The notes: generated by a model not told the origin, from the sequence alone. 64,000 nucleotides of DNA from Candidatus Dojkabacteria bacterium (GCA_016932785.1 JAFGCJ010000002.1:209777-273776); one strand, 5' to 3'. Positions 37,850 through 48,649 are shown, counted from the stretch's first letter. A program made the numbers and translations.

Positions 37850-39046
37850 TTACTTAGTTTCAATATATCTACTAATATTTAATAACATGCCAACACCCAC
37901 AAGGGCAACAACGGTAGATGATCCTCCATACGTCAAAAATGTTAACGGAACACCAGTAAGCGGCAATAACCCAAGATTTGCCCCCATATGCATAAAAGCC
38001 TGGAAAACAAGCCAGAGGCCTATTCCACCGGCCAGAAGCTTTCCCAGCTTATCCGGAGCATTTACGGCAATACGGTATGCTCGTGTAAAGAATACAACGT
38101 AAAGAAAGATTAATATTACACCACCGGCCATTCCCATTTCCTCAAGAATTATTGCAAAAATCGAATCCGTAAATGCAGTATTTTCTACAAGGAAACCATA
38201 CCGTTGACGAGATTGACCAAATCCTATACCCCATGGGCCCCCGGAACCAATTCCAATAATGATCTGCTGCATCTGATATCCTGTTCCCCTAGGTTTAGCC
38301 ACTTCACCTGTCATGAGCAGTTCAAGATATGTTTTTATCCTATTAAGGCGGTAGTTCTCTAAAGTGGCAGCAAGAACGCCAAGAAGCATACCGACGATTA
38401 CAATAAGGATTGAACCAAGCGTATGAATAAAGTCACTCCCCGAAACAAAATATATAGAAAAAGCAACCACACAGATCACAACGGTCGTTCCCAAATCAGG
38501 TTCAAAAATTATTAAACCTCCAATTACTCCCAGCAAAACAAGAAAGGATCCAAGTTCATAAACAAAATGAAACCGTACTGCCTCTTTAAGGTTTTTGAAA
38601 CCTTTTCTATCCCTGGCAAGCCAGGTACTCAGATAAAGGATGAAGACAGGTTTTGCCAACTCGGCAGGTTGAACAGGAATGGGCCCTGCATAGAACCACC
38701 TCTTAGATCCATTTATTTCTTCACCTATGACCAGAACAACGATCAAAAGAACAAACGTTACAATCATCCCTGGTACTGCAAGCTTACTAAATTTATGATA
38801 GTCCCAAAAGTAAAAAATCGCCGCTCCAGCACTTCCTAGGATTATCCAAACGGCCTGCTGTTTTACAAAGTAAAACCGGTCATCGAAATAAGTATCTGCA
38901 TTGTAGATACTTGCTTCAAATATCATTATCAGACCAAGAACCAGAAATATTACAGTCAAAGCAAGCAAAACATAATCCGGCTTACCTTTTGTGGCAGTAA
39001 ACTTCGAACTATTTCTCTTGTGAGATTTATTATGTCTTGGCGTCAA
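37850..39046 (-). CDS. ftsW: FtsW/RodA/SpoVE (SEDS) family protein
   Basis: Polytopic protein with a C-terminal LTYGGSS motif. The synteny with murG supports ftsW. Confidence 0.85.
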   Translation of the reverse strand: MTPRHNKSHKRNSSKFTATKGKPDYVLLALTVIFLVLGLIMIFEASIYNADTYFDDRFYFVKQQAVWIILGSAGAAIFYFWDYHKFSKLAVPGMIVTFVLLIVVLVIGEEINGSKRWFYAGPIPVQPAELAKPVFILYLSTWLARDRKGFKNLKEAVRFHFVYELGSFLVLLGVIGGLIIFEPDLGTTVVICVVAFSIYFVSGSDFIHTLGSILIVIVGMLLGVLAATLENYRLNRIKTYLELLMTGEVAKPRGTGYQMQQIIIGIGSGGPWGIGFGQSRQRYGFLVENTAFTDSIFAIILEEMGMAGGVILIFLYVVFFTRAYRIAVNAPDKLGKLLAGGIGLWLVFQAFMHMGANLGLLPLTGVPLTFLTYGGSSTVVALVGVGMLLNISRYIETK

Positions 39047-39112
39047 CTTGCAATCGGCACGATTTAAATACTATTATGATACTAAGTTAACATACATAAG
39101 ATCTATTTTGAA

Positions 39113-39760
39113 GTGCAACAGTACGACTTAGAAAGACCAACAGACTTAGGTTTGCTTGTCGTTATAGGCGGCCCTGGTGGGAGTGGCTCGTCAACAATTG
39201 CCAATCTCTTGGCCAGAAAATGGGGACTTCACAGGGTATATGCCGGAGAAATAATGAGAAATACCGACATGTCAAAAGATTTCGAAAAATTTCTGGAAAG
39301 ACGTGTCGAAACACATCCCGAGATAGATAAAAATGTCGACAGATTTCTGGTAAAAATGAGTTACTACCCCGATATGCTCATCGAAGGCAAGTTCTTCGCT
39401 GCAATAGCGACATCTATGGGTATACCGACAACAGTGAAAATCTGGATAACCGCCTCCCTCTCGGTAAGAGTAATGCGAATCTTGAAAAGAGAAAGTTACG
39501 CGACTCAATACCCCGACATCTCACCAAAACACGAAGTATTCAAGAAAACAAGAGCTGTGCTTATGAGAAGACAAACAAGCGACATAAAGAGATGTCAGGC
39601 TCTATATCACCTGGACTTATCAAAACCAGATAAATTCAACGACATCATTATCGATTCATCTAAGCTCAATATTTCAAGAACAATTAAGGCAACAATAGAT
39701 GCAATAAAAAATGACGAAAGGCTAGCTCTCAGATTTAAGCCAGAGCAACTAAGATATTAA
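39113..39760 (+). CDS. cytidylate-kinase-like P-loop kinase
   Basis: P-loop VVIGGPGGSGSSTIANLLARKWGL. GTG start. Confidence 0.5.
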   Translation: MQQYDLERPTDLGLLVVIGGPGGSGSSTIANLLARKWGLHRVYAGEIMRNTDMSKDFEKFLERRVETHPEIDKNVDRFLVKMSYYPDMLIEGKFFAAIATSMGIPTTVKIWITASLSVRVMRILKRESYATQYPDISPKHEVFKKTRAVLMRRQTSDIKRCQALYHLDLSKPDKFNDIIIDSSKLNISRTIKATIDAIKNDERLALRFKPEQLRY

Positions 39761-39769
39761 ATCAATATA

Positions 39770-40012
39770 ATGAATACGCCACCGATCAGCAACAACTCTG
39801 GAAACACCACCACCAACCCTCCATCAAATCCCCCAGCGGTACCGGATCCTAATGCTTATTTAACAGAAAAGCAAAACCCCGAGGATTTAGGATCTACGTG
39901 GAGAAGATCAAAATGCTCAAATTGCGGATTTCTGTATGAAGGTATGAAGGTTCCAACTAAATGCCCGAAATGCGGAAAAGAGGGAGCAGACCTATTTATA
40001 GAATCAGACTAA
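39770..40012 (+). CDS. small zinc-ribbon protein
   Basis: CSNCG...CPKCG (a CxxC...CxxC rubredoxin-like knuckle pair) after a Pro/Asn-rich N-terminus. Confidence 0.55.
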   Translation: MNTPPISNNSGNTTTNPPSNPPAVPDPNAYLTEKQNPEDLGSTWRRSKCSNCGFLYEGMKVPTKCPKCGKEGADLFIESD

Positions 40013-40041
40013 AATTCCCAACATTTCATCTGGAAAGAAAG

Positions 40042-40124
40042 TGCCGGGAGCGGGACTTGAACCCGCACGCTCCAAGGAGCACAGGATTTTAAGTCCTGGG
40101 TGTCTGCCATTCCACCATCCCGGC
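40042..40124 (-). tRNA. tRNA-Leu (anticodon TAA), class II with a long variable arm
   Basis: Manual fold: acceptor GCCGGGA/TCCCGGC, anticodon arm CAGGA-CTTAAAA-TCCTG, variable arm GCTCC-TT-GGAGC, T arm GCGGG-TTCAAGT-CCCGC. Confidence 0.9.
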
Positions 40125-40208
40125 GTTTCTCTAATCATAGGAAATATACCAAAGAAAGCCAACAATTAAAAGATTTGCCAAAACGCGGGGAATTACTGTT
40201 AAGAAAAA

Positions 40209-40280
40209 AGGTGACGGTGGGATTCGAACCCACGAATAGCGGTTTTGCAGACCGCTGCCTTGCCACTTGGCTACGTCACC
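40209..40280 (-). tRNA. tRNA-Cys (anticodon GCA)
   Basis: Manual fold: acceptor GGTGACG/CGTCACC, anticodon arm GCGGT-CTGCAAA-ACCGC, T arm GTGGG-TTCGAAT-CCCAC, discriminator U. Confidence 0.9.
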
Positions 40281-40322
40281 TGCTCGGATCTTGTAATAAA
40301 CTGCAAGCTACTGGAAATTTTA

Positions 40323-41747
40323 TCACATACGGCAAATGTCAAAAACCTTCGCAACTTCAATAATAGAGTTTCTTGTTTTACCGACAATACCAGATCCGGT
40401 AACCATTATCACCATATCTTCCTCACTCAAATACCCCCGTCTTAATCCATATTCAGCAAGCACTCTTACAATCCAGTCTCTATCAGCAGGAAGCTTATCT
40501 TCGACATAGATCGGTCTTACTCCCCTAACAATGTTCAATTGCCTCATTAGCATAGGAGAACCGACAAAAGCTACTATTTCTGGAATCGGGCGATGACGAG
40601 CTATGGAAAGAACAGAGTTTCCAGTTTTCGACCCTACAACGATCTTGCTAATCGGAAGCTCACATGCCAGTTCTATTACAGTTCTACCAATTGCATCCGT
40701 CTCAACAGCAGAGGAGGTTCTCCCTTCCATTAGATCTGAATGACAAACATCTTCAGCCGCAATGCATGACTTTGCCATATACTCAACAGCCTTTACAGGA
40801 AACTCTCCCACAGATGTCTCTGCAGAAAGCATGACAGCATCGGCACCATCGAAAACAGCGTTTGCAACGTCACTCATCTCTGCCCTTGTCGGTCGTGGAC
40901 TCTCTCTCATGGACTCAAGCATCTGTGTAGCCACAACTACCGGTTTTCCTTTCTTTCGGCACTTATAGACCATCATCTTTTGCATTATTGGAACTTTCTC
41001 GATTTCCATCTCCACACCAAGATCTCCTCGAGCAACCATAATCCCATCGACTTCTTCCAGAATCCTGTCGAAATTCTCAATCCCTTCGCTGTTCTCGATT
41101 TTCGCAATAACTTTTGTCTCAGATGTTCCAACAATCTTCTTTATTGCTGCAACATCCTCAAGGTTCCTAATGAAAGAAGCGGAAACAAAATCAAACTTGT
41201 TTTCAACTGCATATTCAATGTCTTCACGATCTTTTTGAGTTAATGGAGGAAATGTCAACTTCTTCCCAGGTAAAGTAACCGTCTTCTGCGATTTTACCTG
41301 TCCTCCAAACTTAACCTCACATCGAACAGTTTGTCCCAAGACCTCAACGACCTCAAGCTCTATATTTCCATCGTCAATCAGAACTGAATCACCAGGACTT
41401 ACACTCTCCAATAAATGAAGGTAATCAACCCAAACATCCCCATTTCCTTCACTAACACCTATCTCAAAAAAATCGCCTTCTTGAATGTTTATTGGAGCAT
41501 CAAGCTTGTTTATACAGATCTTATGGCCCTGAGTATCAAGCATTAAAGCAACATTCTCTGAGAGATTCCGTATCTGCTTTGCTACTCGAGAAAGCTCGTC
41601 ATGATCTGCAAAAGAAGTGTTAATTCTTGCAACAGTCATTCCTCTTTCAATCATCTTTTTCAAAACGTCATCGTCCCAGGTTGCTGGTCCTATGGTCGCA
41701 ATTATTTTTGTTTTAGGAAGCCTCTCTGGCAGTGAGGATTTTTGCAT
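40323..41747 (-). CDS. pyk: pyruvate kinase
   Basis: TKIIATIGPA, MVARGDLGVE and VATQMLESM blocks. Length 474 aa. Confidence 0.92.
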   Translation of the reverse strand: MQKSSLPERLPKTKIIATIGPATWDDDVLKKMIERGMTVARINTSFADHDELSRVAKQIRNLSENVALMLDTQGHKICINKLDAPINIQEGDFFEIGVSEGNGDVWVDYLHLLESVSPGDSVLIDDGNIELEVVEVLGQTVRCEVKFGGQVKSQKTVTLPGKKLTFPPLTQKDREDIEYAVENKFDFVSASFIRNLEDVAAIKKIVGTSETKVIAKIENSEGIENFDRILEEVDGIMVARGDLGVEMEIEKVPIMQKMMVYKCRKKGKPVVVATQMLESMRESPRPTRAEMSDVANAVFDGADAVMLSAETSVGEFPVKAVEYMAKSCIAAEDVCHSDLMEGRTSSAVETDAIGRTVIELACELPISKIVVGSKTGNSVLSIARHRPIPEIVAFVGSPMLMRQLNIVRGVRPIYVEDKLPADRDWIVRVLAEYGLRRGYLSEEDMVIMVTGSGIVGKTRNSIIEVAKVFDICRM

Positions 41748-41808
41748 TTGAGCCTTAAAATCAATCTTTTCAAAAGAGTTTAGATCTAGTATACTCCAGA
41801 ACTAAGCA

Positions 41809-42492
41809 ATGAGCAACCAAAAAACAGAGACAACTAATAAAAAAACACCAAGAGAAAGCCTAGTATCATCCCTTCTTACAACAATAGCTAGATTACTCGT
41901 CATATGCTTTATATTGATTGTTATCCTTGTAGCAGTGATCGCAGGTGCCTCAGGAATATGGCTTCATACCTACAATACTTTCACAACTGAAAATCTTGTT
42001 GCAATAGTAGAAGCTGAGGAAATTAAGTATGACAATGATGATAACCCTTATTTCAAGATAACCTACACTCCGATTGAAAGACCATCTGCTTTCACCCGGA
42101 TATTTGTAAGAGACGAAGAAGACGAGGATAAAAAAATGCTTACAGAGCGCGAAGAATTCTTTATTCACGGCGACAGGTTCATGGTTGAGGCACATGTGGT
42201 CAACTTCGAGGATTGGGCAAATCTTCTCGGATTCAAAACAATATATAAAGTATCGAGGATTCGGGGGGAGTATAACAGCACAGAAAAGGAGCGGTCAGGG
42301 AAAAGAAGTGTCTACGATATGAATGGCGGTATGGATCCCGTGTGGGAAACGATGGAATATAATCAGGAAATTCTTGATTTTCTAATTGACGGAGTCTACG
42401 TCTCTGGCGTATCACAATCCGCACGAAAGGAAGAAGCTACTTGGGGTATTTACATGACTGAAGACGGTCTTATAATGAAGAAGTACAAATAA
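41809..42492 (+). CDS. membrane-anchored hypothetical protein
   Basis: One N-terminal TM helix and no recognised motif. Confidence 0.55.
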   Translation: MSNQKTETTNKKTPRESLVSSLLTTIARLLVICFILIVILVAVIAGASGIWLHTYNTFTTENLVAIVEAEEIKYDNDDNPYFKITYTPIERPSAFTRIFVRDEEDEDKKMLTEREEFFIHGDRFMVEAHVVNFEDWANLLGFKTIYKVSRIRGEYNSTEKERSGKRSVYDMNGGMDPVWETMEYNQEILDFLIDGVYVSGVSQSARKEEATWGIYMTEDGLIMKKYK

Positions 42493-42509
42493 CTTATCTG
42501 ATTTGATTA

Positions 42510-42929
42510 ATGAACTCGTCCTCAATAAAAAGCCTCCTTTATCAAATACTGTTATCCTCATTAATATTGTATGTTACTTTTAACGTTTTCTCCGGTATAC
42601 AGACATCAGGAGAGATTATACATTGGCTTTTGGCATTTGCACTTTTTGGAGTTGCTGGCTTTCTTGTAAAGCAGACACTGAAGTTCTTTACATTACCTTC
42701 AAACTTCTTCACATATTTTCTTGCTTCAGCTCTAATTGGTTTTGGTGCCATCTTTGCAATGTCTATGTTCCTACCGGGAATTCAGATAGGAGAAACATTA
42801 ATAAAACAGAAATCGTTGGAGTTTATTTCTATAAACAGCTATACACTTAGTCCAGTTTTCACAATGATTGCCGCAAGTGCATTCTCAGCACTACTAAGCG
42901 CATCATTTTATGAATTGAAAAAAGGTTAA
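42510..42929 (+). CDS. 4-TM membrane protein, possibly phage-holin-4/DUF360-like
   Basis: Four hydrophobic helices. The LPSNFFTYFLASALIGFGAIF pattern is loosely like that family. Confidence 0.4.
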   Translation: MNSSSIKSLLYQILLSSLILYVTFNVFSGIQTSGEIIHWLLAFALFGVAGFLVKQTLKFFTLPSNFFTYFLASALIGFGAIFAMSMFLPGIQIGETLIKQKSLEFISINSYTLSPVFTMIAASAFSALLSASFYELKKG

Positions 42930-42946
42930 AATTTCAGGCATTACTT

Positions 42947-43171
42947 ATGAAACCCGAGACAATAATTAAAATCGCACAAATCGTGACATCAGTCCTGGTA
43001 ACAGGAGTCATCCTTCTTCAGAACCGCGGGGAAGGACTCGGTTCTATGTTTGGCGGCGGAGGTGAAGTGTTTAGAACAAGAAGAGGTATCGAGAAGATTC
43101 TATACTATCTTACAATTTCTTTATCCATAGCTTTAGTAGTACTGTCAATAGTAAACGTAAAACTATCATGA
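42947..43171 (+). CDS. secG: preprotein translocase subunit SecG
   Basis: 74 aa with two TM segments and a central LLQNRGEGLGSMFGGGG...RRGIEK loop, typical of SecG. Confidence 0.8.
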   Translation: MKPETIIKIAQIVTSVLVTGVILLQNRGEGLGSMFGGGGEVFRTRRGIEKILYYLTISLSIALVVLSIVNVKLS

Positions 43172-45009
43172 CAAAAACCTCATCCTCTTTAAGAAGCACT
43201 CTGAACCCAAGGGAAGAAGTGAAGCTTCGTCTCGAACAGGAGGAATCTGACAAATACAGAAAAATCCAGGAGCAAGCAAACCCAATCTTTTGGGAATCCA
43301 AAGGCTCCGAGAAAATGTCCATTATTCAAAAGCTAAGAACAAGGATCTGGTTCTTTCCTGATTATCTTCTTGGCTTCATATATGAGACAAGACCATTCAG
43401 CTTCATCCTTATTTATAGTGCATTGGCACTTATCCTATGGCAATCCGTTACATTTGCTTACCAAAAACAAGGCAATATCTTCAATCTTCCCGAAGAACAG
43501 GTTCTTGTTGAGGGCGTCGTCGGACACGTAAACTCAATCAATCCAATGTTCATAACCCACAACCAGACCGAAAGAGATCTTCAAGAACTAGTTTTCAATC
43601 AGCTGGTAAGTATTGCACCTGATGGTTCAGCAGTACCTGAACTTGCCGAAAGCTGGGCTATTTCCAATGATGGTAGGGCGTATACAGTATTTCTAAGAAA
43701 AGATGTTAAATGGCATGACGGAGAGAGATTCACTGCGGATGATGTTGTCTTTACATTCGAGTCTATCCAAAAACTCATAGATGAAGACAGCTTTGCAAGT
43801 GCACTTGAGGAAGTTCAAATCAATAAACTGGATGACTACACCGTCGGATTTCAACTTAAAGATCCAAACGTTACCTTCACAGAATCTCTTGCCATTGGAA
43901 TAGTTCCCAAACACGTACTCGAAAACACACGTACAGCTGACATAAGAGTTGATCCCTTCAATTCATACCCTATTGGAACAGGTCCCTTCAAAATTGTCGA
44001 GAATAACGATACAGAAGTTATTCTAGATCGAAACAAGGATTACTTTCTTGGGACACCAAAACTTCAACGTATTGTGTATAAATTCTATCCCGACTCCAAC
44101 GCTGTCGATCTGGAATTAAAACAGTTCGAAATCCATACCTACAATAATCCGCCATACAAAGAAGTAGAAAACATTAAGGAGTACAGCGTCTTCAAAAACA
44201 AAACCTTTACAATGAATCTCCGCACAAAACTTATTTTTTTCAATTTACGTGATCAAGGTCCCCTGCAATCAGAAAAAGTAAGACACGCCCTTTCAACTGC
44301 TACTGACAAACAAGAACTTGTAGATACCGTAGGATACCATGCAGAGCCGGCCGGAGGCCCCATCTCCAAGAAATCGTGGGCCTATGACGATTCTCTTGAT
44401 AGATATGGCTACGACGAGAAAAGAGCCATAAAATTTCTCGAAGACGATGGTTGGAAGCTTCCCTCATCAGATAATGACGAGGACACACAATACAGAGAGA
44501 AAAACGGTGCACAACTATCAATTAAACTTTCACTTCTCGATTCAGAAGCTAACAATACAATCGCAAATAATTTGCAAAAACAGTGGAAGAAGCTTGGCAT
44601 AAAACTTGTTATCGACACACAAAGCTATGAAAAGCTCGTAAGCGAGACTATTCCCCGGAGAGACTTCGAGGCTCTACTTTTTGAGGTTGAAAACACACCA
44701 GACCCCGACAAGTACAATCTTTGGCACTCACTAAACAGTGACTATCCCGGACTAAATCTCTCTGGATACTCATACGACCGTGTTGATATTCTCCTTGAAA
44801 GAGCACGGAAGAAAACAAGTCAGGAAGAGAGAAAAGAAGACTATTCGCTCTTTCAAAAATATTTTCTTGATGATATGCCGGCTCTATACCTATTTCACCC
44901 GACCTACAGCTTCATTGCTCACGAAAGCGTAAGAGGTCTAGAGCTCGAAGATATAGGATTACCCCATGAACGATATCACAATGTTGAGAAATGGTACATT
45001 GAAAGGTAA
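43168..45009 (+). CDS. ABC transporter substrate-binding protein, family 5 (peptide/nickel type), TM-anchored
   Basis: PELAESWAISNDGRAYTVFLRKDVKWHDGERFTADDVVFTF block. ATGA overlap with secG. The start may be internal (MSIIQKL). Confidence 0.8.
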   Translation: MTKTSSSLRSTLNPREEVKLRLEQEESDKYRKIQEQANPIFWESKGSEKMSIIQKLRTRIWFFPDYLLGFIYETRPFSFILIYSALALILWQSVTFAYQKQGNIFNLPEEQVLVEGVVGHVNSINPMFITHNQTERDLQELVFNQLVSIAPDGSAVPELAESWAISNDGRAYTVFLRKDVKWHDGERFTADDVVFTFESIQKLIDEDSFASALEEVQINKLDDYTVGFQLKDPNVTFTESLAIGIVPKHVLENTRTADIRVDPFNSYPIGTGPFKIVENNDTEVILDRNKDYFLGTPKLQRIVYKFYPDSNAVDLELKQFEIHTYNNPPYKEVENIKEYSVFKNKTFTMNLRTKLIFFNLRDQGPLQSEKVRHALSTATDKQELVDTVGYHAEPAGGPISKKSWAYDDSLDRYGYDEKRAIKFLEDDGWKLPSSDNDEDTQYREKNGAQLSIKLSLLDSEANNTIANNLQKQWKKLGIKLVIDTQSYEKLVSETIPRRDFEALLFEVENTPDPDKYNLWHSLNSDYPGLNLSGYSYDRVDILLERARKKTSQEERKEDYSLFQKYFLDDMPALYLFHPTYSFIAHESVRGLELEDIGLPHERYHNVEKWYIER

Positions 45010-45037
45010 AATATGATGTGTTTTTTCTTATAGTTGT

Positions 45038-45120
45038 GCCGCTGTGGCGGAATGGCAGACGCGCTACGTTCAGGACGTAGTCCTTTTCGGAGGGTGAGGG
45101 TTCAACTCCCTCCAGCGGCA
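45038..45120 (+). tRNA. tRNA-Leu (anticodon CAG), class II
   Basis: Manual fold: acceptor GCCGCTG/CAGCGGC, anticodon arm CTACG-TTCAGGA-CGTAG, a long variable arm, and T arm GAGGG-TTCAACT-CCCTC. Confidence 0.9.
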
Positions 45121-45189
45121 TGAAGAATGACTCATAACCATTACGAGAAGGTCAGATTGCATAACCGTACTCAGTAAAAATTGTGAAAT

Positions 45190-46806
45190 CTATTTACCCG
45201 AAGTAAGAGTAATTTTTATATTGTTGGTATCCTTATCTCCTTCTTCCTTAAACTTCTTCAAAAACTGCTCTTTTGAATAGACCTTTCCTTTCTCAGGTTT
45301 ATCATTTCCTTCATCTTTATCAGATCTGTCTTTTTCTTTTGTATTTTCTGACTGATCTTTTTTATCATCACCACTCTTTTCTTTGGGTGACTTCTCGTCT
45401 CCCTTGCTTGTATTTTTTTCTTTATCATTTTTCGTCTTAGATTTTTCTGCGTCTGAGCCAGAATCCTCAGGGTTGACACATTCAGACTTTTCTTTTTCAT
45501 CACGTTTAGAATCTTTCTTTTTACTTTTCTCTTTCTTCTTTCCAGAATCCTTGCTGCTCTCAACCTTCTTATCTCCCACCCCCACTCCAAGACTTGCAAA
45601 TTTCTCCCTTAATGAAGGAGTTTGACCGTTATTCTTTTTCTCCATAAGTTCTTCTGATTTCTTAAATAATTTCTCAGAAATCTCTCCCGAGTCCCTCTTC
45701 TTAAAGACACTTACAGTCATTCTTCCTATAAGAACAAGCAAAAGCCCTGCTAACACAGCAAAACCTGCAAGAACAAGATAGATGTTATCCTCGGTTATAA
45801 TATTTTGTATAGAAAACCCCTCGTCATTTCCATCAGAATCTGAGTCCCCTCCAGATTTTTTCCCAACTGAAAACTCAAACACATCTGAGAAATTACTTGC
45901 GTAACCGTCCTTTCTTACCAAAGCTACAGCTGAGTGATCACCTGAAGACACCTCATCATCAATAACAGTCTCCCAATTGCCATCCTTATCTACATCAATC
46001 ACAGTTGTAATGACATCACTGCTAACCATAAGCACAACCTTTGAATTCGGTAAAGCCGTACCAGACAATTCAACCTCTTCATTGCTCTTAAAGTCCTTTT
46101 TCTGTTCATCACTGAATGCTGGAGGTCTCGGTATAACAATAATTGTCTCCTCTAAATACTGCGTAACCTCTTCCTCGTCTTTAAACTTGAAGTTAATAGT
46201 GTGCTTGCCTATGGAAAGCGATGGAAGAATGAATGGGCTTTTCTTTTTACTCATCCCTTCTCCATCAACTTGGATTTCGACACCATCTTCTGTGGGTTCA
46301 ACAAAAGTAATTGCATAGTTGGGATTATCGGTCTCCTCCGGAAGCTGCAATTTCAGAAGGTCGCGAATCTTCTGCCTTCTCTCCTCCTCGACATCATCTA
46401 CTACACTATCTACTTCATCTGAGTTATCATCTGCTTCAGCCACAACTTGATTCTCAGATTCATCTGTATCACTAGATTCAGATGAATCCTGATCTTCTCT
46501 AGAGCTACCAGTAGAATCCGAACCAAGGTCTACTTCGGAAAAAACCCCTAGAACCCTTTCGGTATCATCGTATACACTCATTTCCGTATGCAAAATATCT
46601 TCAGCTTTATCCATAAGCTTATTTACCTCACTAAATCTTGTATAGAAAAACAATCCCGCTGCACTGGTAAAACAAATCAGGGTTACCCAATAGAGAATTG
46701 CTGCCTTATCACTTAAATTATTATTTGGATTTAAAGTTTCCTCAACCGCAAGAGGCTTAAGCTCCTTCTTTTTACTTTTCTTTTCCTTGTTTTTCCCTTT
46801 TTTCAT
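45190..46806 (-). CDS. membrane protein with an Ig-like domain and a Lys/Asp/Glu-rich low-complexity tail
   Basis: N-terminal and mid-protein TM helices. VDKDGNWETVIDDEV resembles the repeats in 19967-20974. The C-terminus is an extended KEKS/DK low-complexity stretch. Confidence 0.6.
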   Translation of the reverse strand: MKKGKNKEKKSKKKELKPLAVEETLNPNNNLSDKAAILYWVTLICFTSAAGLFFYTRFSEVNKLMDKAEDILHTEMSVYDDTERVLGVFSEVDLGSDSTGSSREDQDSSESSDTDESENQVVAEADDNSDEVDSVVDDVEEERRQKIRDLLKLQLPEETDNPNYAITFVEPTEDGVEIQVDGEGMSKKKSPFILPSLSIGKHTINFKFKDEEEVTQYLEETIIVIPRPPAFSDEQKKDFKSNEEVELSGTALPNSKVVLMVSSDVITTVIDVDKDGNWETVIDDEVSSGDHSAVALVRKDGYASNFSDVFEFSVGKKSGGDSDSDGNDEGFSIQNIITEDNIYLVLAGFAVLAGLLLVLIGRMTVSVFKKRDSGEISEKLFKKSEELMEKKNNGQTPSLREKFASLGVGVGDKKVESSKDSGKKKEKSKKKDSKRDEKEKSECVNPEDSGSDAEKSKTKNDKEKNTSKGDEKSPKEKSGDDKKDQSENTKEKDRSDKDEGNDKPEKGKVYSKEQFLKKFKEEGDKDTNNIKITLTSGK

Positions 46807-46884
46807 TGGTATTAAAGTAACACAATTATGTTATATAGTCAACGAAATATATATCTCATTGAACAACCCGGTAAATCTAGAAAT

Positions 46885-48612
46885 TCAAATACCCGAAACG
46901 ACATAGCCCTCAATTCTATCAGCGTCTGCACCAGTCACAACCCTAGGCTGAGCACCCTCAAATGTCATCGTCGGGATCAATTCATATCCTACATACCGAT
47001 CTTCATAGAAATAATGTCTAACCATAACTCCTTCACGAGTTTCCTGAGACCACATCTGATCGAAAAGAAAGTTACCCAGACTGTAGAAAACCAGTCCGTT
47101 ATTGTAATACTCGACAGGTTGAACCCAATGAGGATGAACACCAGTAACAATATCAGCCCCGGCATCAATGGCCGCTCGTCCATATTCATATTGATATCCA
47201 ATAGGCTCATGCTGGTATTCCGCTCCCCACTGCATGTCAACAAAAACAAAATCCGCCTTCTCTTTTGCTGAGGTAATCGCGGATACCATCTTAGTCTTAT
47301 TCATTTCGGCCGATCCAGGCGTAGTACTAGTAGCATAATAATCGGCAGGAGGTATAGCATTAAACCCGAGGAATGCGAACTTCAATCCATTGATCTCGAT
47401 AACAGCTGGCGTAAAGGCCTCCGTCTCATTTCTTCCACCTCCGAAATATTTGATCCCAGCCCCGTCATACATATCAAGCGTTTTAATAAAATTCTCGCTT
47501 CCATAATCGAGAATATGGTTGCCGGTAAGCCCAATCACGTCGATCCCGGCATATTTAAATGCCTCGAACGACCCGACAGTACCGCAGAAAACCAAAGTCC
47601 CCTGATATTGCACACAATTCTCAGTAAAAGAGGCCTCATTGCTTACATGAGCAATATCTGCCTGCTCAAGAATACTGGCAACCTCCCTGACCGGATATAG
47701 GTTGTCTCCCGTAGCTACAATTTTCTGGTACAGACCGCGGGCCCCCATAACGGAAGTACCTGTTAGTACAACAGATGTAACCTTTTCCGAATCATAATTA
47801 ACACTTCCAAGCATATCCTGTACCTCGGAGAAAAGCCTGATATCCTTGTGATCATTGTCTTCTTTGACCCAAATCCTATCTACTAAGGCATAGTCATCCT
47901 CCTCAGCCATATTCAAAAGCGAAACATTTTCGACAGAAACCAATTTTGTCCTCGCCGAAAAGTCTCCAAAAGGAAGAATTGCTATTACTTTAGGATTACT
48001 TTTCACCTCAGCTATACCACTACTGACAACTTTCACCGTCACCCCTATTCCGAACTCACGCTCCATGTAACTCTCAGCGTCACTGTCAATCACAACCGAA
48101 TATCCCTTATTCGTCAAATCATTCGGTGTTCCCCCAAGAAGCTGTTCTAGCTGGCCCATCGAAAGATTTGATAGTCCAGACTTGACGTTAACAACGATAA
48201 AATAAAATCTCTCCCAGGCCAACTCCATTTTCCCTTCATCACTCGAGGAAACAACAAGATCACAATCTTTACCAGGTTCCTTATCGAACTGCCTCGTGCT
48301 TATTATTATTTCCTTGTCGGAATCCTCCGGTTCATATGAATCCACCCAAGCCTCAAGCTCATCTGTAAACCCAGAAGACAGTGTCTTATCAATACAAAGA
48401 TGAACTTCCTTTCTTTCCTCCTTGGATCCAAATGATAGCCGATCAGAAAGAGCTTTCAGCTGGCCCTCAAATGGAATTCCATATTTTTTTACATAAAAAA
48501 ATCCTATTACCACGATAAGAAGAACTCCCAGCGTTGCAAAAATCACGCCTCTGGGAATATTCCTCCTATTCTCTTTCGGAAGTTTTACTTTAAGGTCTCT
48601 TGTAATTGCCAC
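46885..48612 (-). CDS. CapA family (PGA_cap metallophosphatase-like) protein, TM-anchored
   Basis: GNHILDYG, VDMQWGAEYQHEP, GADIVTGVHPHWVQP and YSLGNFLFDQ blocks. Confidence 0.75.
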   Translation of the reverse strand: MAITRDLKVKLPKENRRNIPRGVIFATLGVLLIVVIGFFYVKKYGIPFEGQLKALSDRLSFGSKEERKEVHLCIDKTLSSGFTDELEAWVDSYEPEDSDKEIIISTRQFDKEPGKDCDLVVSSSDEGKMELAWERFYFIVVNVKSGLSNLSMGQLEQLLGGTPNDLTNKGYSVVIDSDAESYMEREFGIGVTVKVVSSGIAEVKSNPKVIAILPFGDFSARTKLVSVENVSLLNMAEEDDYALVDRIWVKEDNDHKDIRLFSEVQDMLGSVNYDSEKVTSVVLTGTSVMGARGLYQKIVATGDNLYPVREVASILEQADIAHVSNEASFTENCVQYQGTLVFCGTVGSFEAFKYAGIDVIGLTGNHILDYGSENFIKTLDMYDGAGIKYFGGGRNETEAFTPAVIEINGLKFAFLGFNAIPPADYYATSTTPGSAEMNKTKMVSAITSAKEKADFVFVDMQWGAEYQHEPIGYQYEYGRAAIDAGADIVTGVHPHWVQPVEYYNNGLVFYSLGNFLFDQMWSQETREGVMVRHYFYEDRYVGYELIPTMTFEGAQPRVVTGADADRIEGYVVSGI

Positions 48613-48649
48613 TTTCGGATACTAAAAGCTAATCTTGAAGCGGAACATT

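Noticed and set aside
40100-40445. ORFs 40100-40363 and 40245-40445 (+)
   Set aside because: They overlap the tRNA-Leu and tRNA-Cys genes and the 3' end of pyk on the other strand.
44912-45121. ORF 44912-45121 (-)
   Set aside because: It is antisense to the SBP gene end and to tRNA-Leu(CAG).
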